Assembly (NCBI GenBank): GCA_965233585.1
Contig: CBDDTI010000747.1
Span: 608,001 to 672,000, forward strand
DNA length: 64,000 bases
Source: a bacterium
Lineage (GTDB): Bacteria; SAR324; NAC60-12
Reading direction: 5' to 3'
A program made the position numbers and the translations under genes. Position 1 is the stretch's first letter. Each line of letters begins with the position of its first letter. The notes under the pieces were generated by a model that had not been told where the DNA came from, ran no database searches, and worked only from the letters and a program-made list of their open reading frames with translations. This document shows, piece after piece, positions 37,325-46,956 of the stretch.

Positions 37325-37924
37325 CTACCTAGAAAAGTAAAGCTTAGCAGAAGCATTTGGCTCAAAGGTACCTCTAACACCATTCTCAAAATAGGTTGTG
37401 TTTTGAACTGCATTATTTTTGAGTTCTACATGGAAGCCATCTTCAATGTCTTTGGTGATAATCTTGATTGACGCCAAGTCTTCAAGGCTAAACATATCAG
37501 CAATCCCCACAGGGCAGTCTGTAGCTAGAAAAGCATTTTCTCTTCCAATTTCTTCTACAATGCCATCACCATTGATTTTCTTCCACTGTAGCTTGCCAGT
37601 CTTGTCTGAATTACAAGACATTCCTACTACATTGCCGTTAATATCTATTGACCCTCTGCCGACATACTTGAAGTTAAAGGCAGACTCTGTTTCCCAATCT
37701 ATCTCAACACCAAAGTCACTGCCGCTGGTTAGTTCCACACTAACACCATCCGCTTCCACCTTGGTGAGTTTGAACGTTCCGTCTCCCAAGTCAAAGTCTC
37801 TGGTCTCCTCATCATCGTAATCTGAGGAACATGCTGCGAGAGCGAGAGGCATGGCAACGAAGCCGACCGTCCAAGATTGTTTGATCCATTTTTTCAAGAC
37901 CGAGTTTTTCAGTAATTTTTTCAT
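37325..37924 (-). CDS. Lipoprotein paralog D
   Basis: Lipobox LAAC; same conserved framework. Confidence 0.85.
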   Translation of the reverse strand: MKKLLKNSVLKKWIKQSWTVGFVAMPLALAACSSDYDDEETRDFDLGDGTFKLTKVEADGVSVELTSGSDFGVEIDWETESAFNFKYVGRGSIDINGNVVGMSCNSDKTGKLQWKKINGDGIVEEIGRENAFLATDCPVGIADMFSLEDLASIKIITKDIEDGFHVELKNNAVQNTTYFENGVRGTFEPNASAKLYFSR

Positions 37925-38075
37925 TTATACCTTTTTTATGATAACATTTTAAGATTCAACACCGAGTCATCAAACAATTCTACCATGCCACAAAACATAT
38001 TCCAATCATACGAAACTTGGCGCAAAAAGTGTGGCGGATCCGTCGTCTTTCAAGACATAGTGCCAGCCACTAAGA

Positions 38076-38201
38076 TTATTTGTTTCCTTGAATGACTTTG
38101 TTTTTTCCTTTTTTTCTTTGGATTTCTTGCCATGCACCATAGCAAGTAATACTGACACCAATAATTGCAACGCTTGATACAAAAATGGTAGCTATTGTCA
38201 T
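38076..38201 (-). CDS. 41-aa single-TM micro-protein (module 1 partner)
   Basis: MTIATIFVSSVAIIGVSITCYGAWQEIQRKKGKNKVIQGNK; ATGA overlap with upstream ORF. Confidence 0.55.
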   Translation of the reverse strand: MTIATIFVSSVAIIGVSITCYGAWQEIQRKKGKNKVIQGNK

Positions 38202-38383
38202 TGACTTTCTTTCTTTTCCAAGAGGTAATAAAAAGCGGTACATAGAATCATACTCACACCACCAATCATTAGCAAAATATATGCTTCATTCAAGAATTTA
38301 GATTTTTCAGAGGCAATGTAGTTCATTGATCCACCAGTTAAACCTGCCATGATTCCAATATAAACCAAGACTAAACTCTTCAT
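38198..38383 (-). CDS. 61-aa two-TM protein (module 1)
   Basis: GAGG SD; TM-ASEKSKFLNEA-TM. Confidence 0.65.
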   Translation of the reverse strand: MKSLVLVYIGIMAGLTGGSMNYIASEKSKFLNEAYILLMIGGVSMILCTAFYYLLEKKESQ

Positions 38384-38501
38384 TTCCTCAAATCATTCAA
38401 CTTTAGTTCTTAACAGATCTCTTCCAAACAGTGTCAATGAATGTCTTTCTTTTTTTCTCTGGATTTCTTGCCGTTGGTTCAGAAAATCAAATCAGACGTT
38501 T

Positions 38502-38603
38502 CTAAGACTTAGGTTTTTGATTTTTCTTGTTTTCTATTCTTGCGGCTTGTATCACAAATCCAGCCATCAGTAATCCGATGCCTATGATGATGATGCTATT
38601 CAC
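38502..38603 (-). CDS. 33-aa single-TM micro-protein (module 2 partner)
   Basis: GTG start with GGAGAGG SD; MNSIIIIGIGLLMAGFVIQAARIENKKNQKPKS. Confidence 0.55.
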   Translation of the reverse strand: MNSIIIIGIGLLMAGFVIQAARIENKKNQKPKS

Positions 38604-38774
38604 TTTCCTCTCCTTTTGTGTATGCAATGGTACAGATGGTATATGGGATGATTCCTACAATGAGCAATACCCATGCTTCATTGTAGAATCTATTTTTTCA
38701 GAAGCAACGTAGCTAATTGCTCCGCTGATCATTGCGAACGAAAACACGATGTGTGTCAGTATGAAAGTTCTCAA
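38596..38774 (-). pseudogene. Frameshifted two-TM paralog (module 2)
   Basis: One extra A in A6 tract (38693-38698) gives ...ISYVASEKNRFYNEAWVLLIVG..., collinear with module 1. Confidence 0.65.
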
Positions 38775-38920
38775 AACAAAATCCCAAAAAAGAAAAAACC
38801 AAAGTTTTTGCATGTGTTATTAGTTTGTCAAGGGTGACATCTGTGTCACTCGTGTAACCTTGACAGCACTCATTACATGCTATCATTGATGGTTTTCCTT
38901 GTTTATAAGCGTAAACAAGA

Positions 38921-39010
38921 TTACTTGCTGGGCAAGTCTTTTTTCTTTGCCAACCAAAGGCAAGAAAACAGCAATATTGTCACTCCTATCGCACTAATTG
39001 TTAGTATCAT
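38921..39010 (-). CDS. 29-aa single-TM micro-protein (module 3 partner)
   Basis: GGAG SD; MILTISAIGVTILLFSCLWLAKKKDLPSK; overlaps upstream ORF. Confidence 0.5.
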   Translation of the reverse strand: MILTISAIGVTILLFSCLWLAKKKDLPSK

Positions 39011-39185
39011 TTTTATACTCCAAAATAAAACAGACATTCACAACGACAAAGTTAATTGCACAGAAAACTAATGCGACAAAACCATGTTCAACAAATCTTC
39101 CATCAGGATTAGAAATAATCCAGCCCAGTATTGCTCCAAAGGCTGAACCCAGCATGCCAATCCAAAGTAATAACCATGCTTTCAC
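38994..39185 (-). CDS. 63-aa two-TM protein (module 3)
   Basis: TM-SNPDGRFVEH-TM, same layout as module 1. Confidence 0.6.
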   Translation of the reverse strand: MKAWLLLWIGMLGSAFGAILGWIISNPDGRFVEHGFVALVFCAINFVVVNVCFILEYKNDTNN

Positions 39186-39330
39186 AAATGCAACATTCTA
39201 AACCTTAACATAAAACAAGACTAAACTCTTCATCTCCTCAAATCACTCACCGCCAGTCTCTTCTTAACAGGGCTTCTTCAAAGGCACAAAAAACTAAAGC
39301 AAAGCCATTCTAGCAGTTAAAAAAGTCTTG

Positions 39331-42300
39331 TCAAGTCCAATTTTCAAGGTTTTTCAGATGCCATGCAGTCTGAGTCTTAGTTTGTATTAATTCTTCAGGA
39401 GAGCCAGATGCGATGACCTGCCCCCCGAGTTCACCACCTTGGGGACCTAAATCAATGATGTAGTCTGAAATTTTCATCATGTCCAAATGATGTTCTACCA
39501 TAATCACAGTATGTCCTTGTTCTGTGAGTTTATGCAAAATCAAGACCAGCCTAGCGACATCGTCAATGTGCAGTCCTGTGGTAGGTTCGTCAAAAAGATA
39601 AAGAGAGCGTCCGTGAGTTTTTTTAGAAAGTTCTACTGCCAGTTTAAGCCGTTGGGCTTCACCCCCTGAAAGAGTGTTGCCGGGCTGTCCTAATTTAAGA
39701 TACCCAAGACCCACATCACACAATGCTTGAAACGACTTTTGAAGCTGGGGGTGTTTGTCAAAAATTTTTAATGCTTGTTGAACTTCCAGTTTGAGGACAT
39801 CAGCAATGGTATAACCACGATAAGACACGGCAAGAGTTTCCCTATTGTACCGAAGACCTTGACATGTTTGACACTCCACAGTTACATCAGAAAGAAAGTG
39901 CATCTCAATATTTTGGATTCCAAGTCCCTCGCAAGTCGGACATCTTCCAGAAATAGAATTAAAGGAGAAGCGGCTTTTGCTAAACCCCCTTTCTTTTGAG
40001 GCAGGCAAAGAAGCAAACACCTCCGCAACGAGCGGAAGCCCTTTTGTGTAGGTCAATGGAGTAGAGCGTGGAGTGTGTCCGATGGGGTCTTGGTTGACAA
40101 GCAAGAGCTTGCTGACATGTTCCATGCCCTGTATTTTGGGGGAGTTTTTAAGTCGCTTCTTTTTGGGAAGTCCAAGATTGTTCTGAATCAACTTGGCTAA
40201 GACATCAAACACCAATGTTGACTTCCCTGCTCCTGACACTCCTGTGACTGTGGTGATAGCACCAATAGGAAAGGACACAGAGATATTTTTTAAATTGTGT
40301 TCTGTGACATTTTGAAGAATGAGTTTGGGGGCGTCTTGCCAGCATTTTCTCACCTGAGGAATGTCTATTTTGAGCTTATTTGCTAAATACTTGCCAGTGA
40401 GGGATTGAGTATTTTTCATCACTTGTTTAGGCGTCCCTTGTGCCACGACTTCTCCGCCATACTGACCTGCACCCGGTCCGAAATCTACCAGATGGTCTGC
40501 ACCACGAATCATCTCCAAATCATGTTCAACAATGATGAGTGTGTTGCCTAAATCTCGTAAATGTGTGAGTGCTTCAAATAATTGTCCAGAATCTTTGGGG
40601 TGTAAACCGATAGTTGGTTCATCAAGCACGTACAACGCACCAGTCAAGCCTGCCCCGATTTGAGAGGCTAGCCTAATTCTTTGGGATTCTCCCCCTGAAA
40701 GTGTAGCAGATGGCTGGTTCAGCTTCAGGTAGCCTACTCCCATTTGTTCCAGAAAAAGGAGTCTGCTGCGGATTTCCTGTAAAGGTTGTTCAGCAATTTG
40801 TGCTTGATTGGCGGTAAACTTCCAACTCTTCACCTTGATTAACGCATCAGACACTGTTGCCTCACAAAACTCCATGATGTTTTGATGACCTATCTTAACG
40901 GCTAAGTATTCAGGCTTCAGCCTCTGCCCCAGACACTCTGGACAATCGCTGTTCCACTGACTCATCTTTCCCAATCCCTCACACTCTGGACATGCTCCAA
41001 CATGTGCATTGAAGGAAAACATGCGTGGGTTCAATGGTTCATGTTGTGCGTAATAACACTTGGGACAGGCGTATTTTTCAGAAAAATCTAGCTGTTTTTT
41101 GTCTTCATCAAGCCAGACTTGAGCCAACTGGTTGCCCTGTTGATAAGCCATTTCAAAAGCTTCTATGAGCCTTGAGCTTTCCTTTGGGTTTGGCACAAGT
41201 CGGTCAATGACAAGCCAGATTCCTTTTTTGCCAAGTGAGTTGAGATTTTTGGGAAGTTCTTCATCAAGCCTAAAATGTTGCTGATTCATGTAAATTCTGA
41301 TGAAGCCTTGTTCTTGTAAATGACTTTGCAATTTGAGCAGTTGCTCAGGTTTTTGCAAGACGCAACGTGAGAAGGCATGAGGCAAATAAAGTGGTGCAGC
41401 AATCACAATCCGTTGCGATGCTTGGGTCAGTAATGCCTGCGCGGCACGACTTGGAGAGTGTTGCTCAAGGGGGATTTTAGAATTTTGAGCCTTTTGACAG
41501 TGAGGACAATGAGCCTGACCAATCCTTGCATAAAGCAAACGAAGGTAGTCATAAACCTCTGTTGCAGTTGCCACATTAGAGCGTGGATTCCGACTTCCTG
41601 ATTTTTGAGTAATGGCAATGGCAGGGGCAAGTCCTTCAATAGACTCTGCTTGAATCTTCTCTGCCTTACCCAAAAAACGTCTGGCATAAGTAGAAAGGGA
41701 TTCTACGTAACGTGCTTGCCCTTGTGAAAAAATTGTTCCAATGGCAAGCGTGGATTTCCCTGAACCTGAAACACCAGTAAACACAGTGATTTTTCCATGC
41801 GGAATGGTCAGGTCAATATGTTTTAAATTGTTCTTGAATGCACCATGAATCACTAGATTTCTATTTTGAACTTTGGGCAGGCGTGTTGTTGTCTGGGGGA
41901 CTTGATAGGTTTGTTGCAGTGCATGAATCAAAAAACCCCCTGTCAGCGATTGCTTGTGTTGTGCCACTGCCTCTGGTGTTCCTTGTGCTACAATTTCTCC
42001 ACCATCATCGCCACCACCCGGACCCATCTCAAGCAAATAATCTACACTCTTGAGAACATCTAAATTATGCTCTACAACTAAAACACTATGCCCAAGCCCC
42101 ACCAGTTTTTGTAAAAGCTCAAGGAGCAATTTCACATCGTAAGCATGCAGTCCCGTCGTCGGTTCATCAAGCAAATAAAAAGTGTTTTGTTGGGATTGTT
42201 TACGAAACTCTGATGCCAGCTTCACCCGCTGCGCCTCACCCCCTGAAAGTGTTGTTGAGGGCTGACCAAGTTTGACATACCCCAAACCTACTTGACACAT

Positions 42301-44736
42301 TGCCCCTAAAATCCGCTCTAAATGAGGAGAGGATTTAAAAAAATGGTAGGCTTCCTCAACGCTCATGTCCAAAACATCAGCAATGCTTTTGCCACGATAC
42401 ACAATTTCTAATGTCTGTGCATTGAAACGTCTGCCATGACATGCCTCGCAAATGACTTGCACGTCACTAAAAAACTGCATTTCAATCGTTTTGACGCCTG
42501 CCCCTTGACACTCTTCACAACGTCCACCTTTGACGTTAAATGAAAAACGTCCCACTGCATAGCCTCTGGCACGTGACTCTGGCAATTTGGCAAACAAACT
42601 TCTGATTTCATCAAAGGCTTTGACGTAAGTGGCAGGGTTGCTTCTTGGCGTCCTACCAATCGGGGCTTGGTTAATTTCTACAACACGTTTGATGTTTTCA
42701 AATCCTTTGACTTTTTGGTAAGAAGGTTTGCCTGACTTCTTCCTTGCCACATGTTCTGAAAGTGCAGGTTTCAAAACTCCATCTAGTAAAGTTGATTTGC
42801 CTGACCCTGAAACACCTGCGACTCCTACAAACACACCCAGTGGAATTTGAAAGTCTATATTTTTCAGATTGTTCAAAGATGCTCCAAAAATTTCTAGCAT
42901 TCCAGACTGAAGAGGGCGTCTTGTTGTTGGAATGGGAATAGTCTCCTTTCCTGAAAGAAACTTTCCAGTCAGTGATTTTTGTGATTTCAAAAGTTGGCTG
43001 AGCTTGCCACTGACGACAATCTCACCGCCTTGTTCTCCTGCACCTACTCCCACATCAACCACGTAGTCTGCTGACAAGATGGTTTCTTCATCGTGTTCTA
43101 CGACCAAGACGGTGTTGCCTCTGTCCCTTAAAGTTTTTAATGCACCAATCAGCCTTTGATTGTCTCTTGGGTGTAATCCGATAGAAGGCTCATCTAAAAC
43201 ATAAAGCACGCCTTGCAGTCCTGACCCGATATGCGTGGCAAGCCTGATGCGTTGGGCTTCTCCCCCTGAAAGTGTGCCTGCAGACCGCTCAAGTGTCAGA
43301 TAACCGACTCCGACTTCATCAAGAAACTTGAGCCGTGAGTTGATTTCTTGAAAAATGGTATGACCCACCAGCTTTTCAAATTCTGAAAGGTTGAGACTCT
43401 GAAAAAATTGATAAGATTTGGAGATGGAAAGAGCTGTGAGAGATTGAATGTGATGCTGATGAAATTTGACAGCCAGAGCAGTTGGATTGAGCCTTGCCCC
43501 TTGACAAGCCCCGCAAATGATATGACGACCAAACTGTTCAATGATACGTTTGACAAACTTTGCAACAAATTTAAAAATTGGCTCAACTCCAACCCACTCC
43601 CCTTTTTCCAAAAGCTTTCTGAGCTGCTTGCCTCCGTGAAAGACACGGAAGCTATTCAAACCAATTTGGGCGTTGCCATGTAGAAAAATCTGACGAGCCT
43701 CATCAGAAAGGTCTTGCCATGAGGCTTGAGGTTTGATGTGAAGCAGTTTGAAAAGTAATTGAAAATGTTCTAATCCAATGGCGGTGTAGAGTATCTTGCC
43801 TTGTGGATTGACAAATCGCATGCCTCCATCTAGCAATGGCTTGCTTGCATCAAAAAGTTTAGTCTCATCAAGTTCATACAATTCACCAAGTCCCTGACAT
43901 TCTGGGCAAGCTCCTTGCGGTGAATTGAACGAAAAAAGTCGGGGTTCCATCTCTGGAATGGCAATTTGACAACGAGGGCATGCCATCAGACTGCTAAACA
44001 AATGTTCTTGCTCTGCATACAACGCAATCACTAAACCTTTGGAAAGATGAAGAGACCGCTCAATGCCTTCCGTAAAACGGCTTTTTTCATCAGGTGTTAA
44101 TTTAAGGCGGTCTATCACCAAATCAATAGAGTGCATCTCATATCGCTCAAGGACAATGTCTTCATCAAGCCTGCGGATCGCACCGTCAATTCTTGCTCTC
44201 ACAAACCCGTCTGCTTGCCATTGTTCAAGCTCTTTGCGGTATTCACCTTTTCGTTTTTGCACCATTGGGGCAAGGAGCATACAGTGTTCACCTGCACCTT
44301 CGGCAAAAACTTGGTCAGTGATTTGGTCAGGTGTTTGCCCCTGAATCGGTTCTTGGCACTGCGGGCAGTAAGGTGTTCCTAGTCTTGAAAAGAGCAAGCG
44401 GTAGTGGTCGTAAAGCTCGGTGATAGTTCCCACAGTGGAACGTGGATTACGGTTGACGGTTTTCTGGTCAACGCAAATCGTGGGGCTTAGCCCTTCTAAT
44501 GACTCTACATGAGGTCTTTCATGCACTCCGAGAAACTGCCTTGCATAAGGTGAAAGTGATTCAATAAAACGTCTTTGTCCTTCTTGAAAAATCGTGTCAA
44601 ATGCCAAAGACGATTTGCCTGAACCTGACACCCCACTCAATACAGAAAATTGGAGTTGTGGAATTTTAACATCAACATTTTTCAAGTTGTGTTCTGATGC
44701 CCCACGCACAACAATCCAGTCTTGCTTCACTTTCAT
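39331..44736 (-). CDS. uvrA: Excinuclease ABC subunit A, double-length (two tandem UvrA units)
   Basis: Four Walker A (GVSGSGKS x3, GVSGAGKS), four LSGGE signatures, two sets of FSFN-CxxC zinc modules. Confidence 0.95.
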   Translation of the reverse strand: MKVKQDWIVVRGASEHNLKNVDVKIPQLQFSVLSGVSGSGKSSLAFDTIFQEGQRRFIESLSPYARQFLGVHERPHVESLEGLSPTICVDQKTVNRNPRSTVGTITELYDHYRLLFSRLGTPYCPQCQEPIQGQTPDQITDQVFAEGAGEHCMLLAPMVQKRKGEYRKELEQWQADGFVRARIDGAIRRLDEDIVLERYEMHSIDLVIDRLKLTPDEKSRFTEGIERSLHLSKGLVIALYAEQEHLFSSLMACPRCQIAIPEMEPRLFSFNSPQGACPECQGLGELYELDETKLFDASKPLLDGGMRFVNPQGKILYTAIGLEHFQLLFKLLHIKPQASWQDLSDEARQIFLHGNAQIGLNSFRVFHGGKQLRKLLEKGEWVGVEPIFKFVAKFVKRIIEQFGRHIICGACQGARLNPTALAVKFHQHHIQSLTALSISKSYQFFQSLNLSEFEKLVGHTIFQEINSRLKFLDEVGVGYLTLERSAGTLSGGEAQRIRLATHIGSGLQGVLYVLDEPSIGLHPRDNQRLIGALKTLRDRGNTVLVVEHDEETILSADYVVDVGVGAGEQGGEIVVSGKLSQLLKSQKSLTGKFLSGKETIPIPTTRRPLQSGMLEIFGASLNNLKNIDFQIPLGVFVGVAGVSGSGKSTLLDGVLKPALSEHVARKKSGKPSYQKVKGFENIKRVVEINQAPIGRTPRSNPATYVKAFDEIRSLFAKLPESRARGYAVGRFSFNVKGGRCEECQGAGVKTIEMQFFSDVQVICEACHGRRFNAQTLEIVYRGKSIADVLDMSVEEAYHFFKSSPHLERILGAMCQVGLGYVKLGQPSTTLSGGEAQRVKLASEFRKQSQQNTFYLLDEPTTGLHAYDVKLLLELLQKLVGLGHSVLVVEHNLDVLKSVDYLLEMGPGGGDDGGEIVAQGTPEAVAQHKQSLTGGFLIHALQQTYQVPQTTTRLPKVQNRNLVIHGAFKNNLKHIDLTIPHGKITVFTGVSGSGKSTLAIGTIFSQGQARYVESLSTYARRFLGKAEKIQAESIEGLAPAIAITQKSGSRNPRSNVATATEVYDYLRLLYARIGQAHCPHCQKAQNSKIPLEQHSPSRAAQALLTQASQRIVIAAPLYLPHAFSRCVLQKPEQLLKLQSHLQEQGFIRIYMNQQHFRLDEELPKNLNSLGKKGIWLVIDRLVPNPKESSRLIEAFEMAYQQGNQLAQVWLDEDKKQLDFSEKYACPKCYYAQHEPLNPRMFSFNAHVGACPECEGLGKMSQWNSDCPECLGQRLKPEYLAVKIGHQNIMEFCEATVSDALIKVKSWKFTANQAQIAEQPLQEIRSRLLFLEQMGVGYLKLNQPSATLSGGESQRIRLASQIGAGLTGALYVLDEPTIGLHPKDSGQLFEALTHLRDLGNTLIIVEHDLEMIRGADHLVDFGPGAGQYGGEVVAQGTPKQVMKNTQSLTGKYLANKLKIDIPQVRKCWQDAPKLILQNVTEHNLKNISVSFPIGAITTVTGVSGAGKSTLVFDVLAKLIQNNLGLPKKKRLKNSPKIQGMEHVSKLLLVNQDPIGHTPRSTPLTYTKGLPLVAEVFASLPASKERGFSKSRFSFNSISGRCPTCEGLGIQNIEMHFLSDVTVECQTCQGLRYNRETLAVSYRGYTIADVLKLEVQQALKIFDKHPQLQKSFQALCDVGLGYLKLGQPGNTLSGGEAQRLKLAVELSKKTHGRSLYLFDEPTTGLHIDDVARLVLILHKLTEQGHTVIMVEHHLDMMKISDYIIDLGPQGGELGGQVIASGSPEELIQTKTQTAWHLKNLENWT

Positions 44737-44781
44737 ATCAGCCAAATCAAAGAAATGATTTTGAATTTCAAACGGAAGGGG

Positions 44782-45261
44782 TTAGCCAAACAATTTGCCA
44801 AATTGCTGTTGTCTGAATTGGAAAATCTTTGTCAGTTCCTTTTGAATCAGGAGAGCATTGAGAGCAGGAGAAAACAAACTAAACACGGGCAAAAGATAGG
44901 TGATTTTGTCTTTCATCAAGACATGGTCGCCTTTTTCTTCAAGAGTGTGTTGATGATGCCAGAATTTGTAAGGACCAAAACGTTGTTCATCAGTAAATTG
45001 ACGATGTGGCTCAACTTGTTTGATTTCTGTGATCCAGTATTGTTTGCCAATCCACGGAATTTGGATGCGATATTTCAGCAAAAGCCCTGTGTAGATTTGT
45101 TCAGGCAGATTTTGAGAAAGGATTTCAAAGTTGAGAGAGGCAGGAGTGATTTGGTTCAAATTATTTGGATTGGAAATAAACGTCCAAAGGGTTTGAAGGT
45201 CGGCATTAAGAATTTGTTCTTGTGAAAGAGTGTGAATTGGACCATCTGATTGAAATTGCAT
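44782..45261 (-). CDS. SRPBCC-family protein
   Basis: W.FIS.P.NL..ITP, WITEI, FTDEQRFGPYKFWHHQH. Confidence 0.85.
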   Translation of the reverse strand: MQFQSDGPIHTLSQEQILNADLQTLWTFISNPNNLNQITPASLNFEILSQNLPEQIYTGLLLKYRIQIPWIGKQYWITEIKQVEPHRQFTDEQRFGPYKFWHHQHTLEEKGDHVLMKDKITYLLPVFSLFSPALNALLIQKELTKIFQFRQQQFGKLFG

Positions 45262-45863
45262 AAAATGATAAATGGATGAGAATGAATAAGAATGAACGAC
45301 AAAAAGACAAATGTTAAATGAGACAAAGACTTGACCTGATGCTCAAAAAAGCCTGAACCTCTCCCCTCTATTCTAATGTGATGTCTCATAGTTTGTCTAT
45401 CTTTCAATCAAAGCATCGGCTATCCATTGGCTGTTCATCTAGTTGTTTGTCTTTTGAACAAATGGATTGAATACTTCCATTTGAACTGCCAACAACTTTG
45501 AAACCTTAAAAGTACTGAATGGAAATTTTCATGGAAAGTATTTTGCATGATTTTTGAACAATTTTTGTAAATTTTGTGTGATTTTGATGAAAGAATTGCT
45601 AGCATCAAAAATGAAATCACATCAAAAAAACATCATTTAGGTCTTGACATAAAATGACCCTATATTATAATTGACATCTAGCTTTATGACTTAGAGTTTT
45701 ATCCAGAGAAAATAGTTTGAATTGAAGGTTTTACCAGTTTAAAACGAGGATTTTCTGCGATAAAAATCTTTAAGATATAAAGTTATGTCTTCAGGTGTTT
45801 AGAATCGTTTTTGATTCTAACTATTTTAATCTATTTGAATTGTTTTATTTTATGGAGAATCTT

Positions 45864-46886
45864 ATGCAAATTGGACAAAGAATTTGGCTCAAGTCATTGA
45901 TGGCTTTGGGGCTGACAATCGTTGTAGCATCGTGTGGTGACCTTGAAATCATCACTTCTGATGACCAAAACACAGAGGCTACTTCAGACAAAAAATTGAT
46001 GGAGTTTGATTTGGCTTCTAGCGAAGAGGAGGAAGTCGTCAAGTCTTCATCAGTGAAAATCAGTGGAACTGATGTTGCTGTCACCTTCTCAAAAAACATA
46101 GCACTGACTAATCTTGTAGCTACTTTCAAACTTTCTGACAAAGCGATTGCTCAAGTTGGAGATGTCATTCAGGAAAGTGGAAAAACAGAAAATGACTTCA
46201 CTGAACCTGTGACCTATACCATCGTTGCAGAAGACAAAAGCCAGCAAAAGTACCAAATCACAGTAACCAGCGAGCCAGTATCTGAACAAGAACTTGACCC
46301 TGCTGCACCCTCTCAAGACGTTCAACCTTCATCTTCTCCTGACCAAGACGTTCAGCCATCTGCACCCTCTCAAAACGCTGGGATTTCAGATTCCTTTGTT
46401 GACCCAAGAGACGGCAAGGTCTATCCCATCGCGGAATTAGACGGCAAGATTTGGATGCTGAAAAATTTTGAATATGAACATGAAGACGGAGTGAAGTCAG
46501 TGAAGCCTGTGGTTCCTCGTATGGACTATGATGAAGGTGGAAATCTGGTCATTCTCAATGAAGAGCCTGCTGTTGGAAGAGCTTACACCTTTGAAGGGGC
46601 AGAAGAAGCGGCACCAGAGGGCTGGCGTTTGCCTTCAAGAGCAGAATGGGAGTCTCTCTTCAATCGTTACGGGCAGGATTTGCTTAAAAAAGATGGAGAG
46701 ACCAAATTCAATATCATTCATGGTCCTTTCGCAAGCTGTAATCAAGTCTGTACTGCTGGAGATGCGTTTTATTGGGCTGATGGTCAACACAACGTGGCAT
46801 TGACTAAAGACAGGCTCATTGCTGGGCGATTTCAATTATCTGATAATTGGTTTTTTGTAGTGCGTTATGTTCGGGATTCTTTGTAG
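45864..46886 (+). CDS. Lipoprotein with Ig-like (DUF5018-like) and FISUMP/Fib_succ_major domains
   Basis: Lipobox VASC; NDFTEPVTYTIVAED; FVDPRDGKVY, WMLKN, PEGWRLPS..EW, VRYVRD. Confidence 0.75.
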   Translation: MQIGQRIWLKSLMALGLTIVVASCGDLEIITSDDQNTEATSDKKLMEFDLASSEEEEVVKSSSVKISGTDVAVTFSKNIALTNLVATFKLSDKAIAQVGDVIQESGKTENDFTEPVTYTIVAEDKSQQKYQITVTSEPVSEQELDPAAPSQDVQPSSSPDQDVQPSAPSQNAGISDSFVDPRDGKVYPIAELDGKIWMLKNFEYEHEDGVKSVKPVVPRMDYDEGGNLVILNEEPAVGRAYTFEGAEEAAPEGWRLPSRAEWESLFNRYGQDLLKKDGETKFNIIHGPFASCNQVCTAGDAFYWADGQHNVALTKDRLIAGRFQLSDNWFFVVRYVRDSL

Positions 46887-46956
46887 GTCTTTCAAGTCAA
46901 CCCCGAATAAATTTGATGTTTTGCTGAATTAAAAAATTAACTTGATGAGGTCTCAA

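Noticed and set aside
35506..37820. Repeated plus-strand ORFs of 116-190 aa
   Set aside because: Antisense shadows of the lipoprotein genes
35186..37924. Integron cassette array (palindromes as attC, TA nearby)
   Set aside because: No integrase, no GTTRRRY/RYYYAAC ends seen, and the genes are paralogs rather than unrelated cassettes
35238..37924. Diversity-generating retroelement
   Set aside because: No reverse transcriptase; differences are not confined to adenines and include indels
37981..38075. Possible riboswitch upstream of the lipoprotein array
   Set aside because: Only a small gtct-tgaa-agac hairpin; no recognisable aptamer consensus
44722..45620. ORFs 44722-45225 (+), 45156-45407 (-), 45435-45620 (-)
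   Set aside because: Overlap the SRPBCC gene or lie in AT-rich intergenic DNA with no protein-like features
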